Shown here: in pieces, positions 19,122 to 29,358 of the stretch
Layout: every line of letters begins with the position of its first letter
How positions within the stretch are numbered: position 1 is the first letter of the stretch
Source: Candidatus Melainabacteria bacterium 17Bon1m
GTDB taxonomy: Bacteria; Cyanobacteriota; Vampirovibrionia; Obscuribacterales; Obscuribacteraceae
NCBI GenBank assembly: GCA_032128875.1
Contig: JAVLKG010000001.1
Coordinates: 544,001 to 608,000, forward strand
DNA: 64,000 nucleotides
Reading direction: 5' to 3'
Notes under the pieces: model-generated
Told to the model about the DNA's origin: nothing
Database searches by the model: none
The model's input: only the letters and a program-made list of their open reading frames with translations
Program-made: the position numbers and the translations under genes

Positions 19122-19979
19122 TTATAACGATTGTCTGAGCCCGTGCAAATCGCTAAATGCCGGTTCTCTTTTTTCCTTTTGTGCCTTCATGCATTCCATC
19201 AAATCTGCAGTCGAAAAGATTGAGGCTTGCAAATTTGCGCAGTGCAGCAGCGCGTCCTGAATGCTGTGGTCTCGTGCATAGGTTATTGCTTCTTTTGATG
19301 CTGAGACTGCTAGTGGCGAACGGCTTGCGATGGCATCGGCGACTCCCATAACGCAGTCGAGCAAAGCCTTTTGGTCTGGCAAGACGTCGTTTACCAGACC
19401 CAGTGCCAGGGCACGTTCAGCCGTCAATGCTTTGCCCGTAAAGGCTAGCTCGCGGAGCACCGCATCGGGTAACAGGTATGGCAGTCTTTGCAATCCGCCC
19501 AGATCTGCCATCATTGCCAGGTTTATTTCCTGAATCTTGAAAGTTGCATCCGTTGTCGCGTAGCGCATGTCGCACGCTGCTACCATATCAAAAGCGCCAC
19601 CGATGCACGCCCCATGAATTGCTGCGATTATTGGAATGCGAGAACGCTCGAGTGCGTTGAATGTTGATTGCAACCCAAGCACCAATTGTTTGAGTTTTTC
19701 TCTATCTTGCGGCGTGTCAGTCTTTAGATCTCCGGATTGAAAAACACTTAGATCCATCCCGGCACTAAAATGTTTTCCTTCTGCGGAAATAACGATGACG
19801 CGTGTCTTTCCACTTGCTTCCAGTTCGCTTATCAATTGCGGCAATTCGCTCCAGAATTCCTTGATCATTGAGTTCAATTGATCTGGGCGGTTCATTAACA
19901 CATGAGAGACACCATTCGGTTTTGTCTCGACCAGAAAGCATTTGTACAATTGTCGGCCCCTCTTTCGATGAGCCGACAA
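19122..19979 (-). CDS. Enoyl-CoA hydratase/isomerase (crotonase; ECH1/dienoyl-CoA isomerase-like)
   Basis: HFSAGMDL, IAAIHGACIGG, CDMRY, ADLGGLQRLP motifs. Confidence 0.92.
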   Translation of the reverse strand: MSAHRKRGRQLYKCFLVETKPNGVSHVLMNRPDQLNSMIKEFWSELPQLISELEASGKTRVIVISAEGKHFSAGMDLSVFQSGDLKTDTPQDREKLKQLVLGLQSTFNALERSRIPIIAAIHGACIGGAFDMVAACDMRYATTDATFKIQEINLAMMADLGGLQRLPYLLPDAVLRELAFTGKALTAERALALGLVNDVLPDQKALLDCVMGVADAIASRSPLAVSASKEAITYARDHSIQDALLHCANLQASIFSTADLMECMKAQKEKREPAFSDLHGLRQSL

Positions 19980-20007
19980 TTATATCCGTATATGACGCTT
20001 TAGGACT

Positions 20008-20598
20008 CTAGGCTTGTTTTCGAAGCTTTTTGATTGGTGTTGTGAAATTGCCTTTGAGCAGATGCTTCATCTGCAGACGTTCTAGTGTCAGTTTTGCGCG
20101 CCCGGCTACATATGGGTTTGGGTCATCTTGCAATGATTCCAAAACCTCGAGCGGAGTGCTGTGGTTTTCTGCTAGTGCAAACCTGATATCTGCATTCTTA
20201 TCCTGTGCCAGCGCGGCTTTCACGTCACAGGGCGTGTGGACGTTGTCGGCAACGGCCATGCGCACTTCGCTTCTTGATTCGCAGGCCAGGTCTGCCAAGA
20301 TAGAGGGTGCATCAGCTGTTTCGGCTACCTTAACAAGGGCGTTTTGAATTCCGCGATTACGTCCCGCAAGCCTTGCTGTGTGAAGAATATCTTGCTTAAC
20401 AGAAGGTTTTGTCGCTTGGCGCGGCTCTGGTTGCAGCGCGGCAGCTAGACTAGGGGCGGTTCTTCTCTTTTCTTGCCCCTCCTTCGAACTTGCAATTTGT
20501 TTGAGCCGCTCGGCTTGATCGCTCACAGCATCAAGATCAACTGGATTGATGCGGTTGGGCGCCTTGGACTCAAATTTTGCAAATTTGTCTTTTAACAT
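20008..20598 (-). CDS. HEAT-like / leucine-rich-variant repeat protein
   Basis: EVRMAVADN.HTP, DIRFALAEN.STP, DPNPYVA repeats. Confidence 0.75.
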   Translation of the reverse strand: MLKDKFAKFESKAPNRINPVDLDAVSDQAERLKQIASSKEGQEKRRTAPSLAAALQPEPRQATKPSVKQDILHTARLAGRNRGIQNALVKVAETADAPSILADLACESRSEVRMAVADNVHTPCDVKAALAQDKNADIRFALAENHSTPLEVLESLQDDPNPYVAGRAKLTLERLQMKHLLKGNFTTPIKKLRKQA

Positions 20599-20717
20599 TG
20601 GTTACCTCCTCAACGCCACAATGCTGAAAAACCAACAAGGGCGTGTGTTTCCAGAGAGACTGGCAGCGCCTCTCTGGGTTCCCGTTGCGGGACTTCAAAG
20701 CAGATTAATTACAGGTC

Positions 20718-20987
20718 TTAAGCTGTTTTCTCGCCATCATCTAGCATGCATTCTTCGCACTTTGCCAGCATCTTCGACACTCGCGTTCGCAATCCTTTTG
20801 CAATACTCGCCACGGCGCCGATACTAGGATTTCGGCGACCTTGTTCGATGTTACTGATGAATGCTCTATTGACTCCTGATTCCGCTGCAAGGTCATCCTG
20901 CGTGAGTTTTAGGCGTTTGCGCCGCTGGTTGATGACTTCGCCTAAACACCGGTATAAATGATTGTGAGTTTCTCTTTTGTTAGCCAT
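20718..20987 (-). CDS. XRE-family HTH transcriptional regulator
   Basis: LTQDDLAAESGVNRAFISNIEQGRRNPS. Confidence 0.9.
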   Translation of the reverse strand: MANKRETHNHLYRCLGEVINQRRKRLKLTQDDLAAESGVNRAFISNIEQGRRNPSIGAVASIAKGLRTRVSKMLAKCEECMLDDGEKTA

Positions 20988-21215
20988 TTGGATTTACCTC
21001 CGCGGTTTAGACGCAGGTTAATGGCAAAGGTTTCTAACTTAGAGTATCCAGTTGCATACTTTTCTTTAAATCGCAAAGTTTTGAATAAAGGCGCTGCTGC
21101 TTATTTTTGAAAAGGTGTCCGCTAGATTAAAAATCACTTTCGCGGGAACTGAAGGGTTGCTCTTGAGTCTCTTCAAGCGAGGGAACCAAAAAAGTTTTGT
21201 TCGAGGACACACACG

Positions 21216-21398
21216 ATGACACCTGATAATGAACCTTCCAGACCATTTCAGGAGCTAGATGAGGCTCTGGAGCGTAGCGCCAAAGAGTTGGAAATTCTCT
21301 CAACTATATATAAACAGCGTGGTCATACCCAAGAAGCTTCTGATATAGACAACACTCTAGCGAGTCTTAACCGGACGCAAGAACCACAAGATTATTAG
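21216..21398 (+). CDS. Small hypothetical protein
   Basis: GAGGA RBS; 60-aa helical ORF. Confidence 0.5.
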   Translation: MTPDNEPSRPFQELDEALERSAKELEILSTIYKQRGHTQEASDIDNTLASLNRTQEPQDY

Positions 21399-21520
21399 TC
21401 TGCGCAGGAAAAAAGCATTTGTCAGGGAAGGTGTAAATGCCTTCCCTGTTGCGTTAATGGACTTTTTGCCATGAGCGGCATGGTGGTCTAGAATCATAGG
21501 TTCAAAATTATGAGGTTGCC

Positions 21521-21751
21521 ATGTCCGAGCAAGTTATAAAGGATGCCATCGCCAACTCTACGATGCGCTGCCCTAAGTGCAAAAATCCCATCCAAAAGTA
21601 CGAAAAATACTCGGAAACAATCGATGCTGTACGCGATGGATTCAATGTAGTGGAGGTTGACTCTCGTTCTTCCCGCGTGACGTTGACCTGTGGAAACGGT
21701 GATTGTGACTGGCGTGAGCGCACAGAGTACTGGTCTGAACTCATCGACTGA
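21521..21751 (+). CDS. Small Zn-ribbon-like protein
   Basis: CPKC ... CGNGDC motifs; GAGG RBS. Confidence 0.7.
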   Translation: MSEQVIKDAIANSTMRCPKCKNPIQKYEKYSETIDAVRDGFNVVEVDSRSSRVTLTCGNGDCDWRERTEYWSELID

Positions 21752-22086
21752 TAGTTGCCGTGTTCAGGTAATACTAGATATGGTGGCGCTCATTTGAGCT
21801 GCGGTATCGAAGATGATGGCATTTTGCAGTCTCGGCGAGCGGGTGCCACTCGACTATCGGGCTTAAATCCTTTCAATTACCTAACAGCCGTTTTATCCGG
21901 CTCTTGATAAGATTCTCCTGAGTTTTGCTTGAAAGGTTGCTGAAGGTTTCTGCCGAGCGGGAACTAGTGACCGCTGAGCCCGTCACCGCAGTATTTCGTG
22001 CGCATTGTCAAGTGAAATCAAGGTTGCAAGGAATGTGAGAGAATTACATACCCCCCAAGTGTCTGGGAACGAAGACTCATTCGAGT

Positions 22087-23229
22087 ATGCAAACCGTCAA
22101 GAACCGTGAGCCGGAAGTCGAAGTGCCGCCGGAATCACCGGAAGAAAAACCAGTAAACAAAAAACAGGCGGCGTCGCGCTACCAGCCGGGTAAAGCTGCG
22201 CTTCTTTCGCTCATTCCTGGTCTCGGACACTTTTACGTCGGGCAGCCTGTTGTGGGCTCGCTCGTTCTTGTCAGCAGCTTTCTCGGTCTGACATTCCTAA
22301 CGACCCTGATTGCTGGAAAAAATCTCTACCCGATCATCGCTCCGATTGCCTTATCTTTCGGAGTTCATCTCGATAAGGCGACGAGCACGCCGCAAGTCGT
22401 TGCCGGACCAGCCGCTGTCGCACTCTACATTTTGTGCTTCCTGTACATCAGCGCATATTTCATCGCTGATGCGTACCAGCAAGCGGTGAAGAAGTCGCAT
22501 TATCCCGAAGGCTTTAAGCCTGACATGGGAGTTACGTTCTCCGGCTCGACAAGCTTCTCCTATTTGATGCACTGCTTGTTGCTTGTTGTTTGCGCTACAG
22601 CGTGCCTTTTCATTCTCAAAGTTCCAGAGAAACACACGACGGTAATCGAGTTCGAGTTTCCCGAACCGCCACCACCGCCGCCACCACCTCCACCGCCGAA
22701 AGCGCAACCAAAACCACAAGAAGCACCCAAGGCGAAGCCTGAGCCTGTAAAACAAGTTGTTCAACCGCCTCCTAAGCCGCAGCCGATTGCCGTCAAAGCG
22801 GACGACAGCAAACCTGCCGATATTCCGCTTGTCGAAGAAGCAAAACAGCCTGAACCGGCTGCATCAACAGGTGGCTCAACCGGCAGCGGCACTGGTGATG
22901 CCGGTGGAAGTTCTGGTGCAGGCAAGAGCGATGAAGTAGATCTTTCCGACTACGTCGCGCAGATGGAAAAGAAAATCCGTAAGGCTTGGTTCCCTCCGAA
23001 AGGCGAAGAGACCAAGAAGATCATTTTGAAGTTCAAGATCAGCAGTCAGGGCGCTGTGTCGTCTGTTCGTTTGAAGTCTTCTTCCGGCATCATGGTTGCG
23101 GATGAAGCTGCGATGACTGCGGTAAAGACCGCGGCACCGTTTGCACCACTTCCAAAAGGCGCTCCGGACCCTGTCGAGATACTGTTTACTTTCGACTACA
23201 GCGTGTTCGGCGGAAAGCAGACGAACTGA
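22087..23229 (+). CDS. Membrane protein with Pro-rich linker and TonB/TolA C-terminal domain
   Basis: LSLIPGLGHFY TM motif, poly-Pro linker, KIRKAWFPP...SSG...DEAAMTAV...APFAPLP. Confidence 0.85.
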   Translation: MQTVKNREPEVEVPPESPEEKPVNKKQAASRYQPGKAALLSLIPGLGHFYVGQPVVGSLVLVSSFLGLTFLTTLIAGKNLYPIIAPIALSFGVHLDKATSTPQVVAGPAAVALYILCFLYISAYFIADAYQQAVKKSHYPEGFKPDMGVTFSGSTSFSYLMHCLLLVVCATACLFILKVPEKHTTVIEFEFPEPPPPPPPPPPPKAQPKPQEAPKAKPEPVKQVVQPPPKPQPIAVKADDSKPADIPLVEEAKQPEPAASTGGSTGSGTGDAGGSSGAGKSDEVDLSDYVAQMEKKIRKAWFPPKGEETKKIILKFKISSQGAVSSVRLKSSSGIMVADEAAMTAVKTAAPFAPLPKGAPDPVEILFTFDYSVFGGKQTN

Positions 23230-23253
23230 GAGTGCGAAAAAAACAAAGCTATG

Positions 23254-23283
23254 AAAAAGGGAGGCTCAAGGCCTCCCTTTTTT
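23254..23283. terminator. Bidirectional rho-independent terminator
   Basis: AAAAAGGGAGGC-TCAAG-GCCTCCCTTTTTT between convergent genes. Confidence 0.85.
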
Positions 23284-23339
23284 CCAGACTCGTCGTCTCT
23301 CATGTCTGGTTTAACTTGCTTCTGATCCACAGACCGCTC

Positions 23340-24116
23340 TTACACTGTGATGCCACCATCAGCAGCGATCGTGTGTCCAGTTACCCAGCGTCCATCGTCC
23401 GAGGCAAGAAAAGCAACTACGGCTGCGATGTCCTCTGGTTCGCCAACGCGTCCAAGTGCGGTCTTTTCGATGAACTGTGCTTTGAGTTCTTCCGGAACTG
23501 TGTTGAACATGTCGGAAGCAACAGGACCAGGTGCAACGCCGTTCACTGTAATTTTGCGTCTGCCCAGCTCTTGAGCCCAAGTGCGAGTCAACGTGTCGAG
23601 TGCCGCTTTTGTTGCGCTGTAAACGCTGAATCCTGGCATTGCAGCTTCTGCTGCTTTCGAAGAAATATTGATGATGCGACCGCCGTCAGCGAAGTTTTTC
23701 AAAGCTTCTTTGGTCGCAAGAATGACGCCTTTTACGTTGGTGCCGAGGACATGGTCAATGTGTTCTTCAGTAACGTCAGTGATGAAGAGGGTTTCGTACA
23801 CACCAGCGTTGTTGACGAGAATGTCGATTTTTCCAAATTCTTTGGTAACTTCAGCAAACAGTTTTTTGCTGTCTTCTTCTGACTTTACATTGCCTTGTAA
23901 TGCGATTGCTTTTGAGCCGAGCTCTTCGATTTGTTTCACGACTTTGTCGGCTGCGGACTTATTGCTGTTGTAGTTGACGGCGACAGTGGCTCCTTCTTCC
24001 GCCAAGCGTAACGCGATGGCTGCTCCGATGCCTCTAGAACCACCGGTCACAACGGCGACTTTGCCGGCGAGGCGCTTTGCGCTTGTGGTCTTTGGTTGCT
24101 GCTGAGTTAACGTCAT
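23340..24116 (-). CDS. Short-chain dehydrogenase/reductase (FabG-like SDR)
   Basis: TGGSRGIG, NNAG, YSATK catalytic motif; AGGAG RBS. Confidence 0.95.
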   Translation of the reverse strand: MTLTQQQPKTTSAKRLAGKVAVVTGGSRGIGAAIALRLAEEGATVAVNYNSNKSAADKVVKQIEELGSKAIALQGNVKSEEDSKKLFAEVTKEFGKIDILVNNAGVYETLFITDVTEEHIDHVLGTNVKGVILATKEALKNFADGGRIINISSKAAEAAMPGFSVYSATKAALDTLTRTWAQELGRRKITVNGVAPGPVASDMFNTVPEELKAQFIEKTALGRVGEPEDIAAVVAFLASDDGRWVTGHTIAADGGITV

Positions 24117-24426
24117 TTTTTTTCTACTCCTGTGGGTGAATTGATTTAACACTAAGTGATTTGGTTTTCCCTTAAGGCGCAGCCGTTTGCGAACTTATTT
24201 GATCGAGAACTTTTGTGATCAAGTTTGTTCATCAAGCGGGGCGATTTCCACATCGCCCCGTTGATGCGTGCGTCTTTTTAAAAGTTGGCGGCGCCCATTG
24301 GGGCAGTGCGCCGCCTTGCGTGGTCCTAGCGCTGTCGTTGCGTGTCAGTCGCAACATTTTTGGCTGACTGCGCTTTCCCTGTGCAAACTCGGATTGCTTG
24401 AAAAGCTTGATAGGTCCTGGTTTCAA

Positions 24427-24846
24427 CTATGCAGCTTGGAACTGAGCGCGGTTCACAGTTGAGAAAACAGGTTCGAGCTTTTCTAGCGTTTTTGCTGCGC
24501 GATGTGCAACGTACGGATTCTCATCAGTGCTCAATCTTTGCAGTGTCGCCCGCGGTACTGCAGAATTTTCTGCCAGTGCAAAACGCACATCAGCATCTTC
24601 GTCTTCTGCCAGTTCAGCCAACAGAATATCGGTGACGACCGGGTTGAACGCTAGATTTATGCGTACTTCTGGGCTTGCGTCGTGTACGAGTTTGATGAGC
24701 AAGCGAAGCGGGGTTCTTGGGTTTTCTGCGACACGTGCTCTGATATGAGCATCTTCGGATTCTGCATACTCTTCCAGGAGTTGCACTGGTGCTTCGGGAT
24801 TGCCTGCAAGAAGGTATCTGGCTTTTGCTGTGAGACTGAATAACAT
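24427..24846 (-). CDS. HEAT-like / leucine-rich-variant repeat protein
   Basis: IRARVAENPRTP, VRINLAFNP, VRFALAEN, DENPYVA repeats. Confidence 0.8.
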   Translation of the reverse strand: MLFSLTAKARYLLAGNPEAPVQLLEEYAESEDAHIRARVAENPRTPLRLLIKLVHDASPEVRINLAFNPVVTDILLAELAEDEDADVRFALAENSAVPRATLQRLSTDENPYVAHRAAKTLEKLEPVFSTVNRAQFQAA

Positions 24847-24935
24847 GGTTGGTTTCCCTCGATGTGTTCGATCTGCCCTGGCGGAATTCAGGGAGCAGAG
24901 GTGGTGTGGTTGGTGTGTTTATGCGGTTTTCGTAT

Positions 24936-25535
24936 TTAGTTTTTGAGAACAAGCTCGAACATTAGTTTGATAAAAACGTCGAGCGGCTCTAAGCTTTTTG
25001 CTGTTTTCGCTCGCATCATTGCTCCCTCCCAACAGGATGAGAACAAATCTGCTATCAATCTGGCGTCTACTGTCGATGTAATTTCGCCAATTCTCTGAGC
25101 CTCTTCAATGCAGACGGCAAATGCGTTTAGCCGCCTTTCCATCGCTTCCGACAATGCTTGTCTGAGGGTCTCGCTTTGGTCGGACATCTCCTGACTCAAG
25201 TTGCCAATCAAGCATCCTTTGCGGCAACTTGCCGCGCGCATACACTCGCGTTTTGTTTCACAAAATGACCGCAGTCTTTCTTTCGGTGTGAGCGCATTGT
25301 TGGTGAGGATGGGCATTAGGAATGCCATGAAGTCTCTGTCAAACTCTTCGATGATTGCCAGCGCGAAATCTTCTTTGCTATCGAAATAGTGATAGAAGGA
25401 GCCTTTCGGTACGCCAACTTTAGACAAGACTTCTTGGATGCCGGAATTGGTATAACCCTTTTCGATCATCACTTCTACTCCGGCTTCGAGCAAAAGCTGC
25501 TTTGTGTCTTGTCTTGTAGAAACCCTGGCGTTCAT
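24936..25535 (-). CDS. TetR-family regulator (NemR/AcuR-like)
   Basis: GVPKGSFYHYFDSKE HTH; GCLIGNLSQEM and WEGAMMRAK C-terminal motifs. Confidence 0.92.
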   Translation of the reverse strand: MNARVSTRQDTKQLLLEAGVEVMIEKGYTNSGIQEVLSKVGVPKGSFYHYFDSKEDFALAIIEEFDRDFMAFLMPILTNNALTPKERLRSFCETKRECMRAASCRKGCLIGNLSQEMSDQSETLRQALSEAMERRLNAFAVCIEEAQRIGEITSTVDARLIADLFSSCWEGAMMRAKTAKSLEPLDVFIKLMFELVLKN

Positions 25536-25571
25536 CGTCTTGACCTCTGACTCGTGATTCCGTTATTTTTG

Positions 25572-25600
25572 ATATTAGACCGGTCGTCTAGTTTTGTCAA
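25572..25600 (-). promoter_or_regulatory. Sigma70 promoter with TetR operator in the spacer (copy 1)
   Basis: Minus strand TTGACA-17 nt-TAATAT; contains the palindrome TAGAC-N5-GTCTA. Confidence 0.8.
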
Positions 25601-25869
25601 TTAGAAAAACGAACTTGATTGCCGGCTTTGAAATTTTTCTTTGGTGTAGTGGCTACAGTTTGCAAAGCTGGCTGGGCTTTGCGCGACTGGAAAACGATTG
25701 CATCAGCCAGCTTGTTTTTATAAACCGGGATGTAATCTTGGATAAGAGCATAAATGAGCATGCTGCTCGTCATTATTGTCATCGGATAAACGACCATAAA
25801 TGACATTGGGTCTTGCTCTGCGGCTCGGTAGAGCCCTTCTATCAGGTTGAATATGTCTCCGAAATTCAT
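25597..25869 (-). CDS. Small hypothetical membrane protein
   Basis: GAGG RBS before MNFGDIF; one hydrophobic segment; lies behind promoter copy 2. Confidence 0.6.
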   Translation of the reverse strand: MNFGDIFNLIEGLYRAAEQDPMSFMVVYPMTIMTSSMLIYALIQDYIPVYKNKLADAIVFQSRKAQPALQTVATTPKKNFKAGNQVRFSN

Positions 25870-25895
25870 TTGCGTGACCTCGTCGGTATGCATTT

Positions 25896-25924
25896 ATATT
25901 AGACCGGTCGTCTAGTTCTGTCAA
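25896..25924 (-). promoter_or_regulatory. Sigma70 promoter with TetR operator (copy 2)
   Basis: ATATTAGACCGGTCGTCTAGTT is identical to 25572-25593 and is again flanked by TTGACA/TAATAT on the minus strand. Confidence 0.8.
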
Positions 25925-26128
25925 CCCTATTTGCGTGATTCCTTGAAACTTGCTACTGGCGAGGGTTTTGCCGTTCTTCGAGAGGTGTTGAAGGTGCCTA
26001 ACTGGACACCGTCTGCCTGGGTCGATTTAACTAACTAACATGTTTGTTAGTATGCGCTTACCCCACGAATCTGTCAAGAGTGAGCCAGGATACTACCTAT
26101 ACATGGATATGCCTGTACCATTGCCCTT

Positions 26129-27160
26129 ATGAAAGGTTGCCCCAGACATTCGAAGCTTTGCACCACGCTGCGTGTTACTTCTCAGCTCGTTGTATGCGCT
26201 GCCGTTTCTCTCTGCGTTTTATTGCCTGCCCGTGCGGTTGCACCCACGTGGGCGGAACTGATGACTGCCGGCCGGCATGCGCACATGACCGGCAATTTCG
26301 ATCAAGCGAAGGAATACTTAAAGGGCGCGCTAAAAGAGGCGCAGAACGAAAACAATGACGCTATGCAAGCGCAGTCATATTTGTGGTTGGGGCGAGTGTA
26401 TGAGTCTACGAATCAGTGGGACTTCGCCGAACAGATGTTCTCAAAAGGAAACAGCATCGGTATTAAAGCGAAAGCGCTTGATCCTGAGATCATGATCGCG
26501 CTCCGGCACGAACTCGAAAACGCGCTCCACAAGCAAGGAAAGGTAGACGCGATTCATACACTGCGGCGTTCTGAGGGCAACCGAGAGAATCAATATATAC
26601 GCTCGTACAAGCCCAGCGCTTTTATGCGCGGGCGTGAGTTTTTTGCGGACAAGAATTTCTCGAAGGCTGAACCTACGTTGCAGAAGGCGCTACAAGCGTA
26701 TAGAGATGCAAATGAAACTGAAATTCCGCAAGCGATGATGTGTATCGATATGCTGTATCAGATTTATCGTGATCAAAAAGAATGGGGAAAAGCGCAGAAC
26801 ATCATTGACCAGGGTCTCGCTGATTTACGTCGAAGACGAGCCTCCGGCAGCGAATATAGTTTGAAGGCTGCTAACTTGATGTTTTACCGCAGCGCAATCA
26901 TGGATATGCAAGGTCATTCTAAAGAAGCTGCAACCGAGGCTGACAAAGGTTTTGCAATCTACAAAAACTTGAAGAAAGATCCTCAAGTAATTCAGAATCT
27001 ATTTTTGCAATGGGACTTGACTGGAAAGGTCAAAGAAGTTGCACGCCTGCGAGAGCATTATGCCAAGATTGCCGCGGAGCTACCGAAGGTCCAAAAGTCT
27101 GGGTGGGTTGAATATCCCGAAGAACGGCAGAAGAAGCCGGAAGAACTACTGAAAAAGTAA
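26129..27160 (+). CDS. Exported TPR-like protein
   Basis: Signal-like segment, WAELMTAG...A...L..AL helical repeats. Confidence 0.75.
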   Translation: MKGCPRHSKLCTTLRVTSQLVVCAAVSLCVLLPARAVAPTWAELMTAGRHAHMTGNFDQAKEYLKGALKEAQNENNDAMQAQSYLWLGRVYESTNQWDFAEQMFSKGNSIGIKAKALDPEIMIALRHELENALHKQGKVDAIHTLRRSEGNRENQYIRSYKPSAFMRGREFFADKNFSKAEPTLQKALQAYRDANETEIPQAMMCIDMLYQIYRDQKEWGKAQNIIDQGLADLRRRRASGSEYSLKAANLMFYRSAIMDMQGHSKEAATEADKGFAIYKNLKKDPQVIQNLFLQWDLTGKVKEVARLREHYAKIAAELPKVQKSGWVEYPEERQKKPEELLKK

Positions 27161-27162
27161 AG

Positions 27163-28089
27163 CTACTTCGCTTCTAGCAATTGCAGTTTGTCCAGCAAAT
27201 CTCTACCTTCTCTTCTTGCACTGACCTGTTTGTAGAGAAGGGCACCGCATATGGTGAGGACAGCCGACATAAAACCATCGAGCGGTCCGGCAATGATTGC
27301 TGAGATAATGCCACCCACAAAGTACCAGATTGCGTCTCTCGGTAGAAGGGCTTCAAATGCCATTATTCCGAGGATTGGAGCGCCGGCGCAAAAGTAAACT
27401 AAGCACATGAGTGATAGCGTGATAGTAACGTATAACCAGTCTTCAGCGGTGAGTGAGAAGAAACGACCGCATGCTCTTGCAATCGATGAATCCTCGAAGA
27501 TGATAAAAGCGATGTAGTAAGCGTTCAACACAATTACTAAGAGAAATGGCAAAAGAAGTAAGAACTCGGCTCCTATTAGCCACAGCTCAAAGAACGCAAA
27601 GACCTCGGAAACCTTTTCATGACCGGATATAGCACTCAACTTGGTCGAAATCACTGCGAGAAAATTCTCTATAGTCTCGAAGATAAACACCGGGATAGTC
27701 AGCACTAAGACGGTCCACATTTTTTTCTGTGCTTTCTTGAGCGCTTCGTCCAGAGTTGGTGCGGCTCCAGCCATGTAGTAGATGAGCGCGAACTTCTTTA
27801 CTGCCACCTCCCACATGGAGAGGAATATCATGATGAAGCCGAAAACCACAATCCAAAAACTTACAGTGGATGGAAAACTATTTGTATATGCAGTCGAATC
27901 CCAGAATGCACAGGGCACGGCAAGCCAATAAATCATTGTAGGCAAAAGAAAGAATTTGCCAAATACCAGCCAGTTTTGCCGTGCAATGCGCACTGCTCGT
28001 CCAACTACATCACCTGCGGTTAGCAGTTTGTCTGGAAGATCAATCTTGAGCTCTTTGTCAGACATTTGATACTTCGCCTTGAATCTCAC
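27163..28089 (-). CDS. Hypothetical multi-pass membrane protein
   Basis: About 6 hydrophobic segments; GDVVGRA N-terminal and RREGRDL C-terminal motifs. Confidence 0.8.
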   Translation of the reverse strand: MRFKAKYQMSDKELKIDLPDKLLTAGDVVGRAVRIARQNWLVFGKFFLLPTMIYWLAVPCAFWDSTAYTNSFPSTVSFWIVVFGFIMIFLSMWEVAVKKFALIYYMAGAAPTLDEALKKAQKKMWTVLVLTIPVFIFETIENFLAVISTKLSAISGHEKVSEVFAFFELWLIGAEFLLLLPFLLVIVLNAYYIAFIIFEDSSIARACGRFFSLTAEDWLYVTITLSLMCLVYFCAGAPILGIMAFEALLPRDAIWYFVGGIISAIIAGPLDGFMSAVLTICGALLYKQVSARREGRDLLDKLQLLEAK

Positions 28090-28480
28090 CAGCCTTATAG
28101 AACCATCGATTATTTTCCTTCACGAAAAAACTCTTTTCACAAAATGTAGCGTCAGAGCCACCCTGTCGTAGGTGCGCTGTGAAAGTGACTGTCGCTGTTT
28201 CGTCACCATCTACGAACTCTTCGATGGTGAGATGATCGAAGTTGGTTGCCCGTGAAAAACTTTCAATGCTCTCTTTCCACTTCGCACGTTCTTTGGAAAA
28301 CTCAGGATGCTCGCTGTGAGTGGTGTCAATAATGTAGTCGGCAAGACCCAGTGCATATGCGGCAAACCGAGAACGCATCAGACGCAGCGCATCTGCTGCT
28401 GGTGTGCCATCGTGATACGGCTTGCAGCATTTGTGATACAGCACTTTGCTTGCACAGGGGCAACGCTCGAACTTACTCAT
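28058..28480 (-). CDS. ychJ: YchJ-family (SEC-C motif) protein
   Basis: CPCAS..Y..CC.PYH, LMRSRFAAY, EKSFFVKENNRWFY. Confidence 0.9.
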   Translation of the reverse strand: MSKFERCPCASKVLYHKCCKPYHDGTPAADALRLMRSRFAAYALGLADYIIDTTHSEHPEFSKERAKWKESIESFSRATNFDHLTIEEFVDGDETATVTFTAHLRQGGSDATFCEKSFFVKENNRWFYKAGEIQGEVSNV

Positions 28481-28500
28481 TCCAGTCTGCCAAGTCTCCG

Positions 28501-29358
28501 CTACTTGCCGTATTGGCTTTCCATCGCTTTTTCTAGGTCAGTCGCTGTACTTGATTTTGCTGGAGCCGATTGTTTTTGCGCAAATGGTGAGCCTGCGCGT
28601 GGGGCGTTCATCTTCGGCATTCCGCCGAGCATTCCTGCGCCACCGGGCATTCTCATACCGCCGGGCTTGCCCATGCCGGACATGCCCATTGAGCCCATAC
28701 CCATTCCAGAGCCCATACCCATTCCCATGCCGCCCGGTCTATTCATTCCCATGCCTGGACGTCGCATGCCCATCATGCCCGGCATACCCATGCCATGATT
28801 CATTTGGTTGCGTTTCATGGTGTTGTTGAAAGCGGCATCCTGCTGCATCATCTTCGCGAATAATCCGCTCTGCATGCCCATTCCAGGTCCTGGTCCACCA
28901 CCCATTCCAGGCATCATATTTGGTGCCCCACGCTGGCGTTTTTGCATCATCTGCATCAACGAACCACCCCCGCCGCCGCTCTGCATGCGCGACATTTTTG
29001 CTTTCATCAATTGCAGCATTTGCGAACTGCTGCCCCCACCGCTGCGGCCGGCATAACCGCCTAAATTGCTAGGCCGTCTGCCGCCCATCATGTTGGCGTA
29101 GCCCGGCATGCCGCTGGCACTGCCACGCGCATAACCACCGCTGCTGTATGTTGGGCGTTTGCCTTGCTCAAACTGATTGAGCATCTGAGACATTCGCGCC
29201 TGGCTGGAAGCGTTATTCTGCGCTCGTGCCGCACCCGAACCATTGACGAAGACCGGCGCACAAAATGCCGCACAAAGTATTGCAGCAACGGCTAAAGAAA
29301 CGGTCAAATTATGTTCGGCTGAGATGGACTGCCAAAGCTTTTCAGGATTTGCTGACAT
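28501..29358 (-). CDS. Exported Gly/Met-rich low-complexity protein
   Basis: Signal-like segment followed by GMGM repeats. Confidence 0.65.
   Translation of the reverse strand: MSANPEKLWQSISAEHNLTVSLAVAAILCAAFCAPVFVNGSGAARAQNNASSQARMSQMLNQFEQGKRPTYSSGGYARGSASGMPGYANMMGGRRPSNLGGYAGRSGGGSSSQMLQLMKAKMSRMQSGGGGGSLMQMMQKRQRGAPNMMPGMGGGPGPGMGMQSGLFAKMMQQDAAFNNTMKRNQMNHGMGMPGMMGMRRPGMGMNRPGGMGMGMGSGMGMGSMGMSGMGKPGGMRMPGGAGMLGGMPKMNAPRAGSPFAQKQSAPAKSSTATDLEKAMESQYGK

Noticed and set aside
28650-28800. DNA repeats (CCCATGCC-like) and similar repeats at 5760-5860 and 34300-34335
   Set aside because: Explained by low-complexity protein sequence (GMGM, HRHE, KPGA).
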